From NCBI GenBank assembly GCA_934122385.1, contig CAKOWP010000003.1:1-48582 (forward strand): a stretch of DNA of 48,582 bases. The letters run 5' to 3'. The stretch's first letter is position 1. Each line of letters starts with the position of its first letter. A program made the position numbers and the translations under genes. The notes under the pieces are model-generated. The model searched no databases. It was not told where the DNA came from and worked only from the letters and a program-made list of their open reading frames with translations. This document shows positions 1 through 8,943 of this stretch, piece after piece. This DNA comes from an uncultured Clostridia bacterium. Lineage in GTDB: Bacteria; Bacillota; Clostridia; TANB77; CAG-508.

Positions 1-201
1 AAAGATAAAAAAAGTGATTTCAGAAAATTATGGATAACAAGAATTAATGCTGCTGCAAGAATGAATGGAACAACATACAGCAAAATGATAGCTGGTCTTA
101 AAAAAGCTAATGTTACAATAAACAGAAAAATGTTAGCTGAAATTGCAGTTAGTGATCCAAAAGCATTTGCAGAAATAGCTGAAATAGCAAAAAAAGCATA
201 A
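1..201 (+). CDS. rplT: 50S ribosomal protein L20, C-terminal fragment (start lies upstream of the window)
   Basis: Frame 1 is open from base 1 to TAA at 199-201: ...[58 protein letters not shown], a typical L20 C-terminus. It is absent from the ORF track because no start codon lies in the window. Confidence 0.85.
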   Translation, partial: KDKKSDFRKLWITRINAAARMNGTTYSKMIAGLKKANVTINRKMLAEIAVSDPKAFAEIAEIAKKA

Positions 202-222
202 TTAAACATGTAAAATAAAAAA

Positions 223-263
223 CGTTTAAATCCAATATAACAAAGGATTTAAGCGCTTTTTTT
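223..263. terminator. Bidirectional intrinsic terminator between rplT and spoVAE
   Basis: Stem CGTTTAAATCC (223-233) pairs with GGATTTAAGCG (245-255) with 1 mismatch. An A-run lies upstream and T7 downstream. It sits between convergent genes. Confidence 0.6.
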
Positions 264-654
264 ATTGTTTTTTCATTTTTGGCTTAGAAATCAAAGAAGC
301 CAAATATCCAAAAAATACAGCAGCAGCAATTCCACCAGCAGCAGCTTTAACACCACCAGTAAAAGCACCAACTAAGCCAGTTTCTTTAACGCCTTCAATA
401 GCACCTTTTGCTAAATTATAACCGAAACCTGTAAGGGGAACAGTAGCACCTGCACCAGCAAAATCAACCACATATTTATAAATACCAAGACCGCCTAAAA
501 TACAGCCTGTAGTTACAAAAATAACTAAAATTCTAGCAGGGGTAAGTCTTGTTTTATCAATTAAAATTTGACCAATTACACAAATAATTCCTCCAACAAC
601 AAAGCACTTTAAAAGCGACATCCAATTAAAAACATTCATCCAATTTATATCCAT
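262..654 (-). CDS. spoVAE: Stage V sporulation protein AE (SpoVAEB-like small membrane protein)
   Basis: Polytopic Gly-rich membrane protein, paralogous to the upstream SpoVAC-like ORF (shared ...FAGAGxxVPxTGF... block). It is the third gene in the canonical spoVAC-AD-AE order. The ATG at 654 follows AGGAG by 8 nt, whereas the track start (GTG 663) overlaps the RBS. Confidence 0.75.
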   Translation of the reverse strand: MDINWMNVFNWMSLLKCFVVGGIICVIGQILIDKTRLTPARILVIFVTTGCILGGLGIYKYVVDFAGAGATVPLTGFGYNLAKGAIEGVKETGLVGAFTGGVKAAAGGIAAAVFFGYLASLISKPKMKKQ

Positions 655-675
655 ATTATACACTCCTAATACATA

Positions 676-1677
676 TTAAAGTTCTATACTAATAGCGTGG
701 GCAATTCCGGGAATAGATTCGCCTTGTTGAGAACTTGTTGAATTCATTAATGCACCAGTTGCAATTAATAATAATTTTTTTATTTTCTTTTCTCGTAACT
801 GCTTAAATAAATAACCGGAAAATACAGTACCACAACAAGCACAGCCACTACCGCCGGAATGGGTATCTTGAGTGGCTTTATCAAAAATTAAAACTCCACA
901 GTCATTATAATTAGATTTTATATTATACCCTTGAGCTTTAGCAATATCTATAGCAAGTTCTTTACCGATATGACCTAAATCACCACTTATAATGGCATCA
1001 TAGTAGCTGGGATTTCTACCAGTATCTTTAAAATGAGTAATTAAAGTATCAGCAAAAGCTGGAGCCATAGCTGCACCCATGTTATTCGCATCTTTTATAC
1101 CCATATCAACTATTTTTCCAGGGGTGATATGCGTGATATAAGGTCCATTTCCATTTTTTGAAATTATTGCAGCACCACTACCAGTAACAGTCCACTGAGC
1201 TGTAGGAGGCCTTTGATTTCCAAGCTCTAGAGGAAATCTGAATTGTTTTTCTGCACTACAGAAGTGACTAGAAGTTGCACATAATGCATTTTCGGCAAAA
1301 CTTTCTACAGCTATTGCTGATAATGACATAGATTCAACAAATGTTGAGCAAGCACCGAAAACACCAAAAAAGGGTATATTCAATTCGCGAAGACCAAAAC
1401 TAGAAGAAATACATTGATTTAAAAGGTCACCTGCAAAACAACAGTCAATTTTATCTGATGGAATTCCTGATTTACTAATTACTGTATTTACAGTTTCTTT
1501 TATGATTTTGCTTTCGGCCTTTTCCCATGTTTTTTCACCCCAAAATTCATCATCTAAAGTTTGGTCAAAATATTTAGATAATGGACCTTGAGATTCTTTA
1601 GGACCAACAATAGAAGCACATTCTGTAATTGTTGGTGGCATATTAAATTTTATAGTTTGTTTTCCTATCTTTTCCAA
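676..1677 (-). CDS. spoVAD: Stage V sporulation protein AD
   Basis: Thiolase/KAS-III-like protein with a SpoVAD-type N-terminus (GKQTIKFNMPPTI...GPKESQGPL) and FGVFGACST, lying between SpoVAC and SpoVAE. The likely start is TTG 1677, 8-9 nt after AAGGAG. The track start 1701 (also TTG) is the alternative. Confidence 0.8.
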   Translation of the reverse strand: MEKIGKQTIKFNMPPTITECASIVGPKESQGPLSKYFDQTLDDEFWGEKTWEKAESKIIKETVNTVISKSGIPSDKIDCCFAGDLLNQCISSSFGLRELNIPFFGVFGACSTFVESMSLSAIAVESFAENALCATSSHFCSAEKQFRFPLELGNQRPPTAQWTVTGSGAAIISKNGNGPYITHITPGKIVDMGIKDANNMGAAMAPAFADTLITHFKDTGRNPSYYDAIISGDLGHIGKELAIDIAKAQGYNIKSNYNDCGVLIFDKATQDTHSGGSGCACCGTVFSGYLFKQLREKKIKKLLLIATGALMNSTSSQQGESIPGIAHAISIEL

Positions 1678-1741
1678 AAAATCAACTCCTTTTTTCGACA
1701 AAATTATGAGACAAAATTGGACTGTCTCACTTGTCTCGTGT

Positions 1742-2206
1742 TTAAACTAGGGTCATAGTTTGAGTATTGAAAATTAAATATACAATACCTACAATTATAG
1801 AAGCAGATATTCCAAATACGAGAACTGGACCTGCAACTGTAAACATTTTTCCACCGACACCCATTACATAACCTTCTGACTTATATTCCATAGCTGGTGA
1901 AACTATTGAGTTTGCAAAACCTGTAATTGGAACTAAAGAACCAGCACCTGCAAATTTACCAATTTTGTTAAAAATATTAAGACCTGTTAAAAATGCAGAA
2001 ATAGCAATTAATATTATAGATACTATTGTTCCGGATAGATTTTGATCAAAACCTCTTTCTTTACAAATGTTCATTATTATTTGACCAATTGTACAAATTA
2101 ATCCACCAACCCAGAAAGCATTAAAACAATTCTTCCAAATAGGGGAATTAGGGGACTTTTTATTAACATAGTCTTGATATGTTTGTTTTGTTTCAATAGG
2201 ATTCAT
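1742..2206 (-). CDS. spoVAC: Stage V sporulation protein AC
   Basis: 154-aa 4-TM protein with the SpoVAC-type motifs FWVGGLICTIGQ and KFAGAGSLVPITGFANS. First gene of the spoVA C/D/E triplet. Confidence 0.8.
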   Translation of the reverse strand: MNPIETKQTYQDYVNKKSPNSPIWKNCFNAFWVGGLICTIGQIIMNICKERGFDQNLSGTIVSIILIAISAFLTGLNIFNKIGKFAGAGSLVPITGFANSIVSPAMEYKSEGYVMGVGGKMFTVAGPVLVFGISASIIVGIVYLIFNTQTMTLV

Positions 2207-2427
2207 TAATTATCACCCTTTCTATTTAAATCAATTAAAAATGTTAAATCTAAATCTACAAAATATTCTGATATTTTATTTCCATTTATTTTTGCTCTTT
2301 GCTCTAAAACTTTTACACTTGATAGATAATCTATTGTTTTTGAAGCTTCTTCTATAGCTTTTACAATTGCATCTTTCCATGATGTTTCAGATGAACCTGT
2401 TATTATTAAGTGTTTTTCTATATCCAT
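2206..2427 (-). CDS. Dodecin-family small protein
   Basis: 73 aa. The pattern ITGSSETSWKDAIVKAIEEASKTI...V...EYFVDLDLTF matches the dodecin signature (vGsS..S.edAi..Ai..AskT...eY.V.l.v.F). Its stop overlaps the spoVAC start. Confidence 0.5.
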   Translation of the reverse strand: MDIEKHLIITGSSETSWKDAIVKAIEEASKTIDYLSSVKVLEQRAKINGNKISEYFVDLDLTFLIDLNRKGDN

Positions 2428-2533
2428 ACTAAACCTCCTAAAAATTCATTTACAAATATTTTTTCCGCTTTTAGAAAATTTATGCAAAAATTTTCTGGTT
2501 TTTTAATATGTATATATAATTGATTTGCAAGAT

Positions 2534-2891
2534 GCATTATTGAGAGTTAGTTATTGTTTAGGATTATGTTCTTTTGATTGGAGTGAAAGATAGAAAATCT
2601 TAAATAAAAAATGAGGGATGTTCACAAAAAAATGTATATGTTTTGATAATTTTATGATTTTATTACGCAACATAAGAATTTCTAAAATATATTTATGGCA
2701 CCCTTCCACTTTGTGAACTCTTTCCATAAATCTTTTTAAGAAATTCTAATATTGCTTAAATACATTTTAAAATTATCAAAACATATACATTTTTTTCTGA
2801 GTGAAAGAGGCTCATATTTTTATTCTAGATTTTCTTTTTGAACGCAATGAATAGAATATAATCCTAAACAATAGCTAACTCTCAATAATGC
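2534..2891 (+). repeat. Long foldback element, copy A (diverged, no clear termini)
   Basis: 358-bp imperfect palindrome. The outer arm GCATTATTGAGAGTTAGTTATTGTTTAGGATTAT (2534-2567) pairs with 2858-2891 at 33/34. The interior shares blocks with copies B, C and D (GAAAATCTTAAATAAAAAA, ACGCAACATAAGAATTTCTAAAAT, TTTCCATAAAT, AAGAAATTCTAATATTGCT). Orientation is defined relative to copy B. Confidence 0.8.
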
Positions 2892-2996
2892 TCCTACACA
2901 CTAATTATTATAAAAAGTGCATTGCCAAAAAACAAAAAAAGATATATAATCAATAAAAAATAAAGACATGTATTATGAGAAAGGAAAAATATTAAA

Positions 2997-4295
2997 ATGA
3001 TAGACAAAGCAAGAGAAATAGCGTTAAAAGCACTATATAAAATAGATAAAGAACAAGCATATTCAAATATAGTATTAAATGATGAAATAAAACAAAACAG
3101 GGACAAAATAAATGACAAAGATATAGGACTGATATCAGAAATAGTATATGGAGTAACAACTTGGAAACTCACAATAGATGAGATTATAAAAAAATATTCA
3201 AAAATAAGACTAAAAAAAATATCACCATGGATATTGAATATATTGAGAATGGGGACATACCAAATAATTTTTTTAGACAAAATTCCAAAATCAGCTGCAG
3301 TAAATGAGAGTGTAAATTTGGCAAAAAGATATGGACATGCTTCAAGCTCTAATTTTACAAATGCAATTTTGAGAAAGATAGAAAAAGAAGATTATGAAGA
3401 ATTTTTTCGAATAAAAGATGATGTGGAAAGAATATCAAAAACAACTTCAATGCCTGTATGGATAATAGAAGAATTAATGAAAAACAATACAATAGAAGAA
3501 GTTGAAGAAATATGTAAAAATTTAAATTTGAGACCAGAAATAATTATAAGAATTAATAAATTAAAGACTACGAAAGAAGAAATAATGCGAAAACTAGAAG
3601 ATGCAAACATTGAATATAGAGAAATTCCAAATATGGAAGATTTTTTAGTATTAAATAAAATAAAAAATATTGAAAATTTAAGCCTTTTTAAAGAAGGATT
3701 ATTTACAGTTCAAGATACATCAGCAGGTCTAACGGCAATTGTTTTGAACCCACAGGAAGATGATAATGTGTTAGATGCATGTTCTGCACCAGGTGGAAAA
3801 ACTACATATATTGCTGAATTAATGCATAATAAAGGAAAAATTGAAGCATGGGATATACATGAACATAGAACAAAATTGGTAGAAAAAAATGCTGAAAGAT
3901 TAGGAATAAAAATAATAAATACAGATGTAAAAAATTCGGCAGAATATGAAGAAAAATATAAAGAAAAGTTTGATAGAATTTTATTAGATGTTCCTTGTAT
4001 GGGGATAGGTGTTATAAAAAGAAAACCAGATATAAAATGGCAAAGAAAAAAAGAGGACATAGAAGAAATTAGCCAGTTGCAAAGAAAAATATTAGAAAAT
4101 TGCTCTAAATATCTAAAAAAAGGAGAATATCTTGTTTATTCAACTTGTAGTATTTTAAAAGAAGAAAATGAAGATGTTGTAAATGATTTCATAAAAAATA
4201 ATAACAATTTTGAAATTGTAAAAAATGGGTTATTTAATATAAAACCAGACAAAGAAAAAGATGGATTTTTTATTTGTAAATTACATAAAAAATAA
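2997..4295 (+). CDS. rsmB: 16S rRNA (cytosine967-C5)-methyltransferase RsmB (NusB-like N-domain plus SAM methyltransferase)
   Basis: N-terminal NusB-like region. SAM site VLDACSAPGGKT and catalytic DVPCMG...YSTCS motifs typical of the RsmB/Sun family. Confidence 0.85.
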   Translation: MIDKAREIALKALYKIDKEQAYSNIVLNDEIKQNRDKINDKDIGLISEIVYGVTTWKLTIDEIIKKYSKIRLKKISPWILNILRMGTYQIIFLDKIPKSAAVNESVNLAKRYGHASSSNFTNAILRKIEKEDYEEFFRIKDDVERISKTTSMPVWIIEELMKNNTIEEVEEICKNLNLRPEIIIRINKLKTTKEEIMRKLEDANIEYREIPNMEDFLVLNKIKNIENLSLFKEGLFTVQDTSAGLTAIVLNPQEDDNVLDACSAPGGKTTYIAELMHNKGKIEAWDIHEHRTKLVEKNAERLGIKIINTDVKNSAEYEEKYKEKFDRILLDVPCMGIGVIKRKPDIKWQRKKEDIEEISQLQRKILENCSKYLKKGEYLVYSTCSILKEENEDVVNDFIKNNNNFEIVKNGLFNIKPDKEKDGFFICKLHKK

Positions 4296-4373
4296 AGTCT
4301 GAAACACTTTAAAAATATTGTTACAGAAATATTACAAGAATATTATATTTATATGACAAATATACCAAAACTA

Positions 4374-4401
4374 TTGACTTTTTTGCTAAAAACGGTAAAA
4401 T
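4374..4401 (+). promoter_or_regulatory. Candidate sigma-A promoter of the pilus operon
   Basis: TTGACT (4374-4379), a 16-nt spacer, then TAAAAT (4396-4401), about 70 nt upstream of the pilMN start. Confidence 0.35.
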
Positions 4402-4471
4402 TAAATAGAAATATGTATTATATTTTTACGTGTAATTTATAAAAATTATAGAATAAAACGAAGGAGAAGAG

Positions 4472-6097
4472 ATGTCAACTTGTTTAGGATTATATATAGA
4501 ACAAAACCTAATTAAATATGCAAAAGTTTCAAAAGACAGAGACCAAATAAAAGTAGAATCTTTTGGTGTAAAGTTTTATGATAATCTTGATCAAACAATA
4601 AAACAAATTGTCGAAGAAACATATAGTTATAGAACCCCAATTAGCATAAATTTGTCTGAAGAGATGTACAATTTTTTCCAGGTATTTGCTTTATTAAATA
4701 AAAAGGATTTACCTAAAGCAATAAAGACGGAATTCGAAGCTTATTGTGGCGATAAAAATTATAACCCAAATGTTTTTGAAACAAGATATGCAATTACTCC
4801 GGATACACAGGAAAAGGAAAGATTAAAAGTAATACACATAAGTGAAAATAAAATTGAATTAAATAAAAAAATACAAAAATTTAGTTCATATAGATTGCAA
4901 AATATAATACCAATATCAATGGCAATATCAGATATTACTAAATTTGAGCCAAAAGAAAATTGCTTGATTGTAAATATAGAGGAAAGTACAACTATAACAA
5001 CAATTTTAGATCAAAACATATATGATATCAAAACATTAGATATAGGTAGCCAAGAAATATTGGACAGAATTAATGTAAAAGAGAATTCTTATCAAAAGGC
5101 ATATGAAATATGCAAAGAAACAACAATTTACACTTCAGAAGGAAAAGAACTTACAGAGGAAGAAACTGGCTACTTGGAAGACATAATGCCAACATTATAT
5201 GATATTTTAGGACAGATAAGGAAAATAATAAATGACAGCATGGATAAGATTGAAAAAGTATATATTACTGGAACAGGAGCTTTGATAAACAATATAGATT
5301 TATATTTTGAAGAATACTTAGAAAATGTACACTGCGAAATATTAAAGCCTAGTTTTATAAAAATATCACCTGAAATAAATATAAAAGATTATGTTGAAGT
5401 TAATTCAGCTATATCTTTAGCACTTAGTGGATTAGGACAAGGGATTGCTGGAATGAACTTCAAGAAAACAAGCTTAATGGATAAATTACCAGATATATTA
5501 AAAATGGAAGTTGGCGGAAAGAAGAAGACAACAAAAGAAGATAAAAAATTAAAAAGTAATTTGTTTACAATTGATTTCAATGTACCATTAGATAAAATAG
5601 AAAAGGCGTTATTAAGAAGTTCGATAGGAATATTAATATTGTTTATAGTTTATTCTTCATTTGCAAGTTTAATAAATAAACAAATAGAACTAAAAAAAGA
5701 ACAAGCACAAGAATCAATAAATAACACAAATTCACAAATAGCATTAGTTAATAATGATATTCAAAGTGCACAAAATAAAACTAGTGAATATACAAGTAAA
5801 ATAAATAATTTAGACGAAATTAATAAAAAATTACAAGAAAATAATAGATTAAAAAAATCAATACCAAATTTGTTAAACAAATTAATGTATGTTATGCCAA
5901 ATGAAGTTCAGCTAACATCTATACAAAACACAACATCAACACATATAGAAATACAGGCTCAATCAAAAAGTTATGCGCAATTAGGATATTTAACAGCTAG
6001 CATAAAAACAAATGGAATACTTACAAATGTTATTTCTACTTCTGGACAGAAAGAGAATAATATAGTTACAATAAAGATAGAAGGTGATTTACCATGA
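4472..6097 (+). CDS. pilM: Type IV pilus assembly protein, PilM-PilN fusion
   Basis: N-terminal ~330 aa is actin-like ATPase-fold PilM-like (LGLYIE..., VYITGTGALINN). A TM helix (SSIGILILFIVYSSFASLI) and coiled-coil/PilN-like C-domain follow. First gene of the pil cluster. Confidence 0.7.
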   Translation: MSTCLGLYIEQNLIKYAKVSKDRDQIKVESFGVKFYDNLDQTIKQIVEETYSYRTPISINLSEEMYNFFQVFALLNKKDLPKAIKTEFEAYCGDKNYNPNVFETRYAITPDTQEKERLKVIHISENKIELNKKIQKFSSYRLQNIIPISMAISDITKFEPKENCLIVNIEESTTITTILDQNIYDIKTLDIGSQEILDRINVKENSYQKAYEICKETTIYTSEGKELTEEETGYLEDIMPTLYDILGQIRKIINDSMDKIEKVYITGTGALINNIDLYFEEYLENVHCEILKPSFIKISPEINIKDYVEVNSAISLALSGLGQGIAGMNFKKTSLMDKLPDILKMEVGGKKKTTKEDKKLKSNLFTIDFNVPLDKIEKALLRSSIGILILFIVYSSFASLINKQIELKKEQAQESINNTNSQIALVNNDIQSAQNKTSEYTSKINNLDEINKKLQENNRLKKSIPNLLNKLMYVMPNEVQLTSIQNTTSTHIEIQAQSKSYAQLGYLTASIKTNGILTNVISTSGQKENNIVTIKIEGDLP

Positions 6098-6807
6098 AAA
6101 AATTATTATTAAGCATATTAACTGTTTTAGTTATTATATTAACAGCTATTACTATGATAAAAGGTTTAAAGATTGGTAATATCAATATCTTAGGAATAAT
6201 GGAAATGAAACAGAAAAATGAAGAATTAGATACAACGGTTAAGGAAGCAACAAAATTGGCTAGTACTGATTATCAAAAAAGAATAGATGACTTGAATGAT
6301 GCTGTTAAAAAATTAGAAACAGAAAAAACAAGTTATGAAGATAGAGTTAATGTTAGTACAGAAAACAATGTAGAAGCAGCAAATCAAACTTATGAAAATA
6401 TGATAGAATTCCTATTAGTAAGAATAGAAAACCATGCAAAAACAGAAGGCGTATCAATGAACATGGTTGTAACTCGTAGCTCATCTGGAGCAGAAAATGT
6501 TTACAATCTTAACTTCACTGCAACAGGAAGTTATGTTGGAATAGAAGAATTTGTAACAGATATAGAAGATGATTCAAGATTAGGTTATAAAATCGAAGAA
6601 TTTAAAATGAATTCTTCTTCAGAAGGTGGAGATACAGTACAAGCAACTTTTGTATGCAAAGATATAAAAATAGAAGGAATTTCTTCTAACGCAGCAAGCA
6701 CTTCAACAACTACAGGTATGACAAATACAACGTCTTCAGGAAGTATTGGAGACACAAACACAACGAGTAGTACATCAAATACAACAACTAACAATACTAC
6801 AAAATAA
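6094..6807 (+). CDS. pilO: Type IV pilus assembly protein PilO-like, with Ser/Thr/Asn-rich C-terminal tail
   Basis: N-terminal TM, a coiled coil, then a PilO-like block YNLNFTATGSYVGIEEFVTDIE. Overlaps the pilMN stop (ATGA). The tail is TSTTTGMTNTTSSGSIGDTNTTSSTSNTTTNNTTK. Confidence 0.55.
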   Translation: MKKLLLSILTVLVIILTAITMIKGLKIGNINILGIMEMKQKNEELDTTVKEATKLASTDYQKRIDDLNDAVKKLETEKTSYEDRVNVSTENNVEAANQTYENMIEFLLVRIENHAKTEGVSMNMVVTRSSSGAENVYNLNFTATGSYVGIEEFVTDIEDDSRLGYKIEEFKMNSSSEGGDTVQATFVCKDIKIEGISSNAASTSTTTGMTNTTSSGSIGDTNTTSSTSNTTTNNTTK

Positions 6808-6824
6808 GAAAAGGAGGGAATAAG

Positions 6825-7271
6825 ATGAAAAAAGATATAATAAAAGAAATAATAATAATTTTACTATTAACTCTAGCTATTATATTAATATTAGGTGTAT
6901 TATTATATGAATTTGTGCCAACAAATAAAATAATACCTGAAAAAGTATCTTATACAACTCCGGAAAATGTTAGAGAAGATTTGCAAGCAGCAGAAAATGC
7001 TGGTGATGATAATATAGTTGTAACTTATCAAATCAATGCTACAGATTTAAGCAATTACAAAAAAATCAATGAATATGTACCAGGAAAAAAGAACCCGTTT
7101 GAATCTGTAGAAAGTAATGAAACAACAGAAGATGGAAGTACGGATGCTTCAAACTCACAAGGTGGTACAACTTCAGAAAACACAACAGGGTCAAGTACTG
7201 ACACTAAGACAAATACAAATACAAGTTCAAATTCGGGAACAAGTTATTTGCCTGATAAAGGAACTAAATAA
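6825..7271 (+). CDS. Single-pass membrane protein of unknown function in the pilus operon (Ser/Thr-rich tail)
   Basis: Strong RBS (AAGGAGGGA). One N-terminal TM helix. No motif I recognise. Low-complexity T/S/N C-terminus similar to the PilO tail. Confidence 0.5.
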   Translation: MKKDIIKEIIIILLLTLAIILILGVLLYEFVPTNKIIPEKVSYTTPENVREDLQAAENAGDDNIVVTYQINATDLSNYKKINEYVPGKKNPFESVESNETTEDGSTDASNSQGGTTSENTTGSSTDTKTNTNTSSNSGTSYLPDKGTK

Positions 7272-7354
7272 ATAATTAGTTATTAACATTATATTTATTT
7301 TTATAAATATAGTATATATATATTATATCAAAAGAAAAAGGAGGGAAAAACATA

Positions 7355-7588
7355 ATGAAAAAAGAGCAAAAAGGTATAACACTAGTTGCATTAGTAATTA
7401 CAATAATCATTCTATTAATTTTAGCTGGTATTTCAATTGCTACATTAAGTGGAAGTGGATTATTTGGAAAGGCTAAACAAGCTCAACAAAAATCTGAAAA
7501 TGCACAAGGTATTGAAAACAATACATTGGTAGAATATGAAAACTGGATGGATAACTATTTAGCAGAACCAAAAACAACAAAAAAATAA
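7355..7588 (+). CDS. Short type IV pilin-like protein (77-aa precursor, likely major subunit)
   Basis: Class III-type signal MKKEQKG|ITLVALVITIIILLILAGISIATL. Strong RBS AAAGGAGGG. Its own terminator follows directly (7603-7636). Position +5 is Ala, not Glu. Confidence 0.65.
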   Translation: MKKEQKGITLVALVITIIILLILAGISIATLSGSGLFGKAKQAQQKSENAQGIENNTLVEYENWMDNYLAEPKTTKK

Positions 7589-7602
7589 TTAAAAAACTAA
7601 TA

Positions 7603-7636
7603 GGCATATGCATATACAAATGTATATGCCTTTTAT
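7603..7636 (+). terminator. Intrinsic terminator/attenuator after the pilin gene
   Basis: 10-bp stem GGCATATGCA/TGTATATGCC (one G.T pair), 8-nt loop, followed by TTTTAT. Confidence 0.6.
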
Positions 7637-7665
7637 AAAAAATAAACATAGAAAAGGATACAAAG

Positions 7666-8472
7666 ATGGATATATTTTTTTATATAATAATATTTTTAAT
7701 GGGAATAACTTTTGGAAGCTTTTATACTTTAGCAGTATATAGAATACCAAAAGGAGAGGACATAACACATACACATTCATATTGTCCAAAATGTAATCAT
7801 AAATTAAATATATTAGATTTAATACCACTATTTAGTTATATATTTTTAGGTGGAAAATGTAGATATTGTAAGCAAAAAATAAGACCAAGATATTTTATAT
7901 TAGAAGCAATATCAGGAATATTTTTTGTAGTAATTGCATATCTAACAAAATTAAGCATTTACAATTTACAACCAGAAGTAATTATTGAATATATATTTTT
8001 TATTTTGTATTTTACATTTATAATATTAATGGCAGGAATAGACAAAGAATATAGAACAATAAATAAACCAGTATTAATGTATGGGGTTATAATTTCCATT
8101 ATGTATATAGTATATCTATACATAATAGAAAAAACTAGTATATATAGATATGCTATATATTTAGCATTATTTCTTATCCTTTTATTAATAGATACAATTA
8201 ACTTAAAAAAATATGCAAAGAACAGTTACATATATTCAGTATTAATGGTAATTGTGATAATGGCGATATTCACAGGAGAATATGTAACGATTAATACAAT
8301 ATTAGCAACACTTATATTTATATCAGCATATTTAATTGATAAAAGATTGAAACATTCAAAAAGTAGAAAAACTACAGAACAATTTTATCCACAGTTAAGA
8401 CTTGGATTATATTTATCAATATTTAATGTAATTTCTACAATTGTAGTTTTAGGCGTTTGTAGATTTGTGTAA
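7666..8472 (+). CDS. pilD: Prepilin peptidase (A24 family) PilD-like, divergent
   Basis: N-terminal CPKC...CRYC zinc-finger pair and polytopic membrane body. First Asp motif candidate is LMAGIDKEYRTI. No GxGD motif found by eye. Confidence 0.65.
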   Translation: MDIFFYIIIFLMGITFGSFYTLAVYRIPKGEDITHTHSYCPKCNHKLNILDLIPLFSYIFLGGKCRYCKQKIRPRYFILEAISGIFFVVIAYLTKLSIYNLQPEVIIEYIFFILYFTFIILMAGIDKEYRTINKPVLMYGVIISIMYIVYLYIIEKTSIYRYAIYLALFLILLLIDTINLKKYAKNSYIYSVLMVIVIMAIFTGEYVTINTILATLIFISAYLIDKRLKHSKSRKTTEQFYPQLRLGLYLSIFNVISTIVVLGVCRFV

Positions 8473-8495
8473 AAAATAGAGAGGATGGACTACAT

Positions 8496-8927
8496 ATGTA
8501 TATAAAAGGAGAAAAAGGATTAACAGGCATTGATATAGCAATTTCTATAATTATAATAACTATTTTTATATCTGTATTGGCAAATTTAATAATGAACATA
8601 AATCTGAACTCTGAAAAAACAAAAAGAATGGAGATTGCAACAGCATATGCTGTACAAGAGATAGAACAATTAAAAGCAAAGGGATATGTTGATGAATATA
8701 ACAACAAGGGAGTAGATAAAAAGGATATTATTTCAGAAAAAGATATTATGGATGACGATAACAACTTTACAGGGTATAGCAAGACAACAACAATAAAAGA
8801 TTATGTGTTAATAAAAAACGATAAATCAAAACAAAAGAATGTACTAAAAGAATTAACAGTAACAGTATCTTTTAAGTTAGGAAATATTACTGAAAATATA
8901 GATATATCAACATATATTACGGATTAA
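8496..8927 (+). CDS. Pilin-like (minor pilin candidate) protein
   Basis: N-terminus MYIKGEKG|LTGIDIAISIIIITIFISVL has a short basic leader, Gly, then a hydrophobic helix. Position +5 is Asp. Confidence 0.45.
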   Translation: MYIKGEKGLTGIDIAISIIIITIFISVLANLIMNINLNSEKTKRMEIATAYAVQEIEQLKAKGYVDEYNNKGVDKKDIISEKDIMDDDNNFTGYSKTTTIKDYVLIKNDKSKQKNVLKELTVTVSFKLGNITENIDISTYITD

Positions 8928-8943
8928 TGGAGGAAGTAAATAG

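Noticed and set aside
1707-1730. TGAGACA-N9-TGTCTCA mini-palindrome between spoVAC and spoVAD, resembling the stem of the r1-r3 units
   Set aside because: It has only a 7-bp stem and lacks the GGGACGGTTCTG core. It could be chance or a very decayed copy, and there is not enough to call it.
2894-3280. 128-aa minus-strand ORF overlapping the rsmB start and the right flank of repeat A
   Set aside because: It overlaps the well-supported rsmB N-terminus in antisense. Ile/Phe/Ser-rich, with no RBS.
4296-4471. c-di-GMP riboswitch upstream of the pilus operon, as known for the Clostridioides difficile pilA1 locus
   Set aside because: The region is uniformly AT-rich, with no GC-containing conserved cores or convincing multi-stem structure. 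There is also an isolated GTTACAG at about 4318 with no inverted partner, so it is not a foldback terminus.
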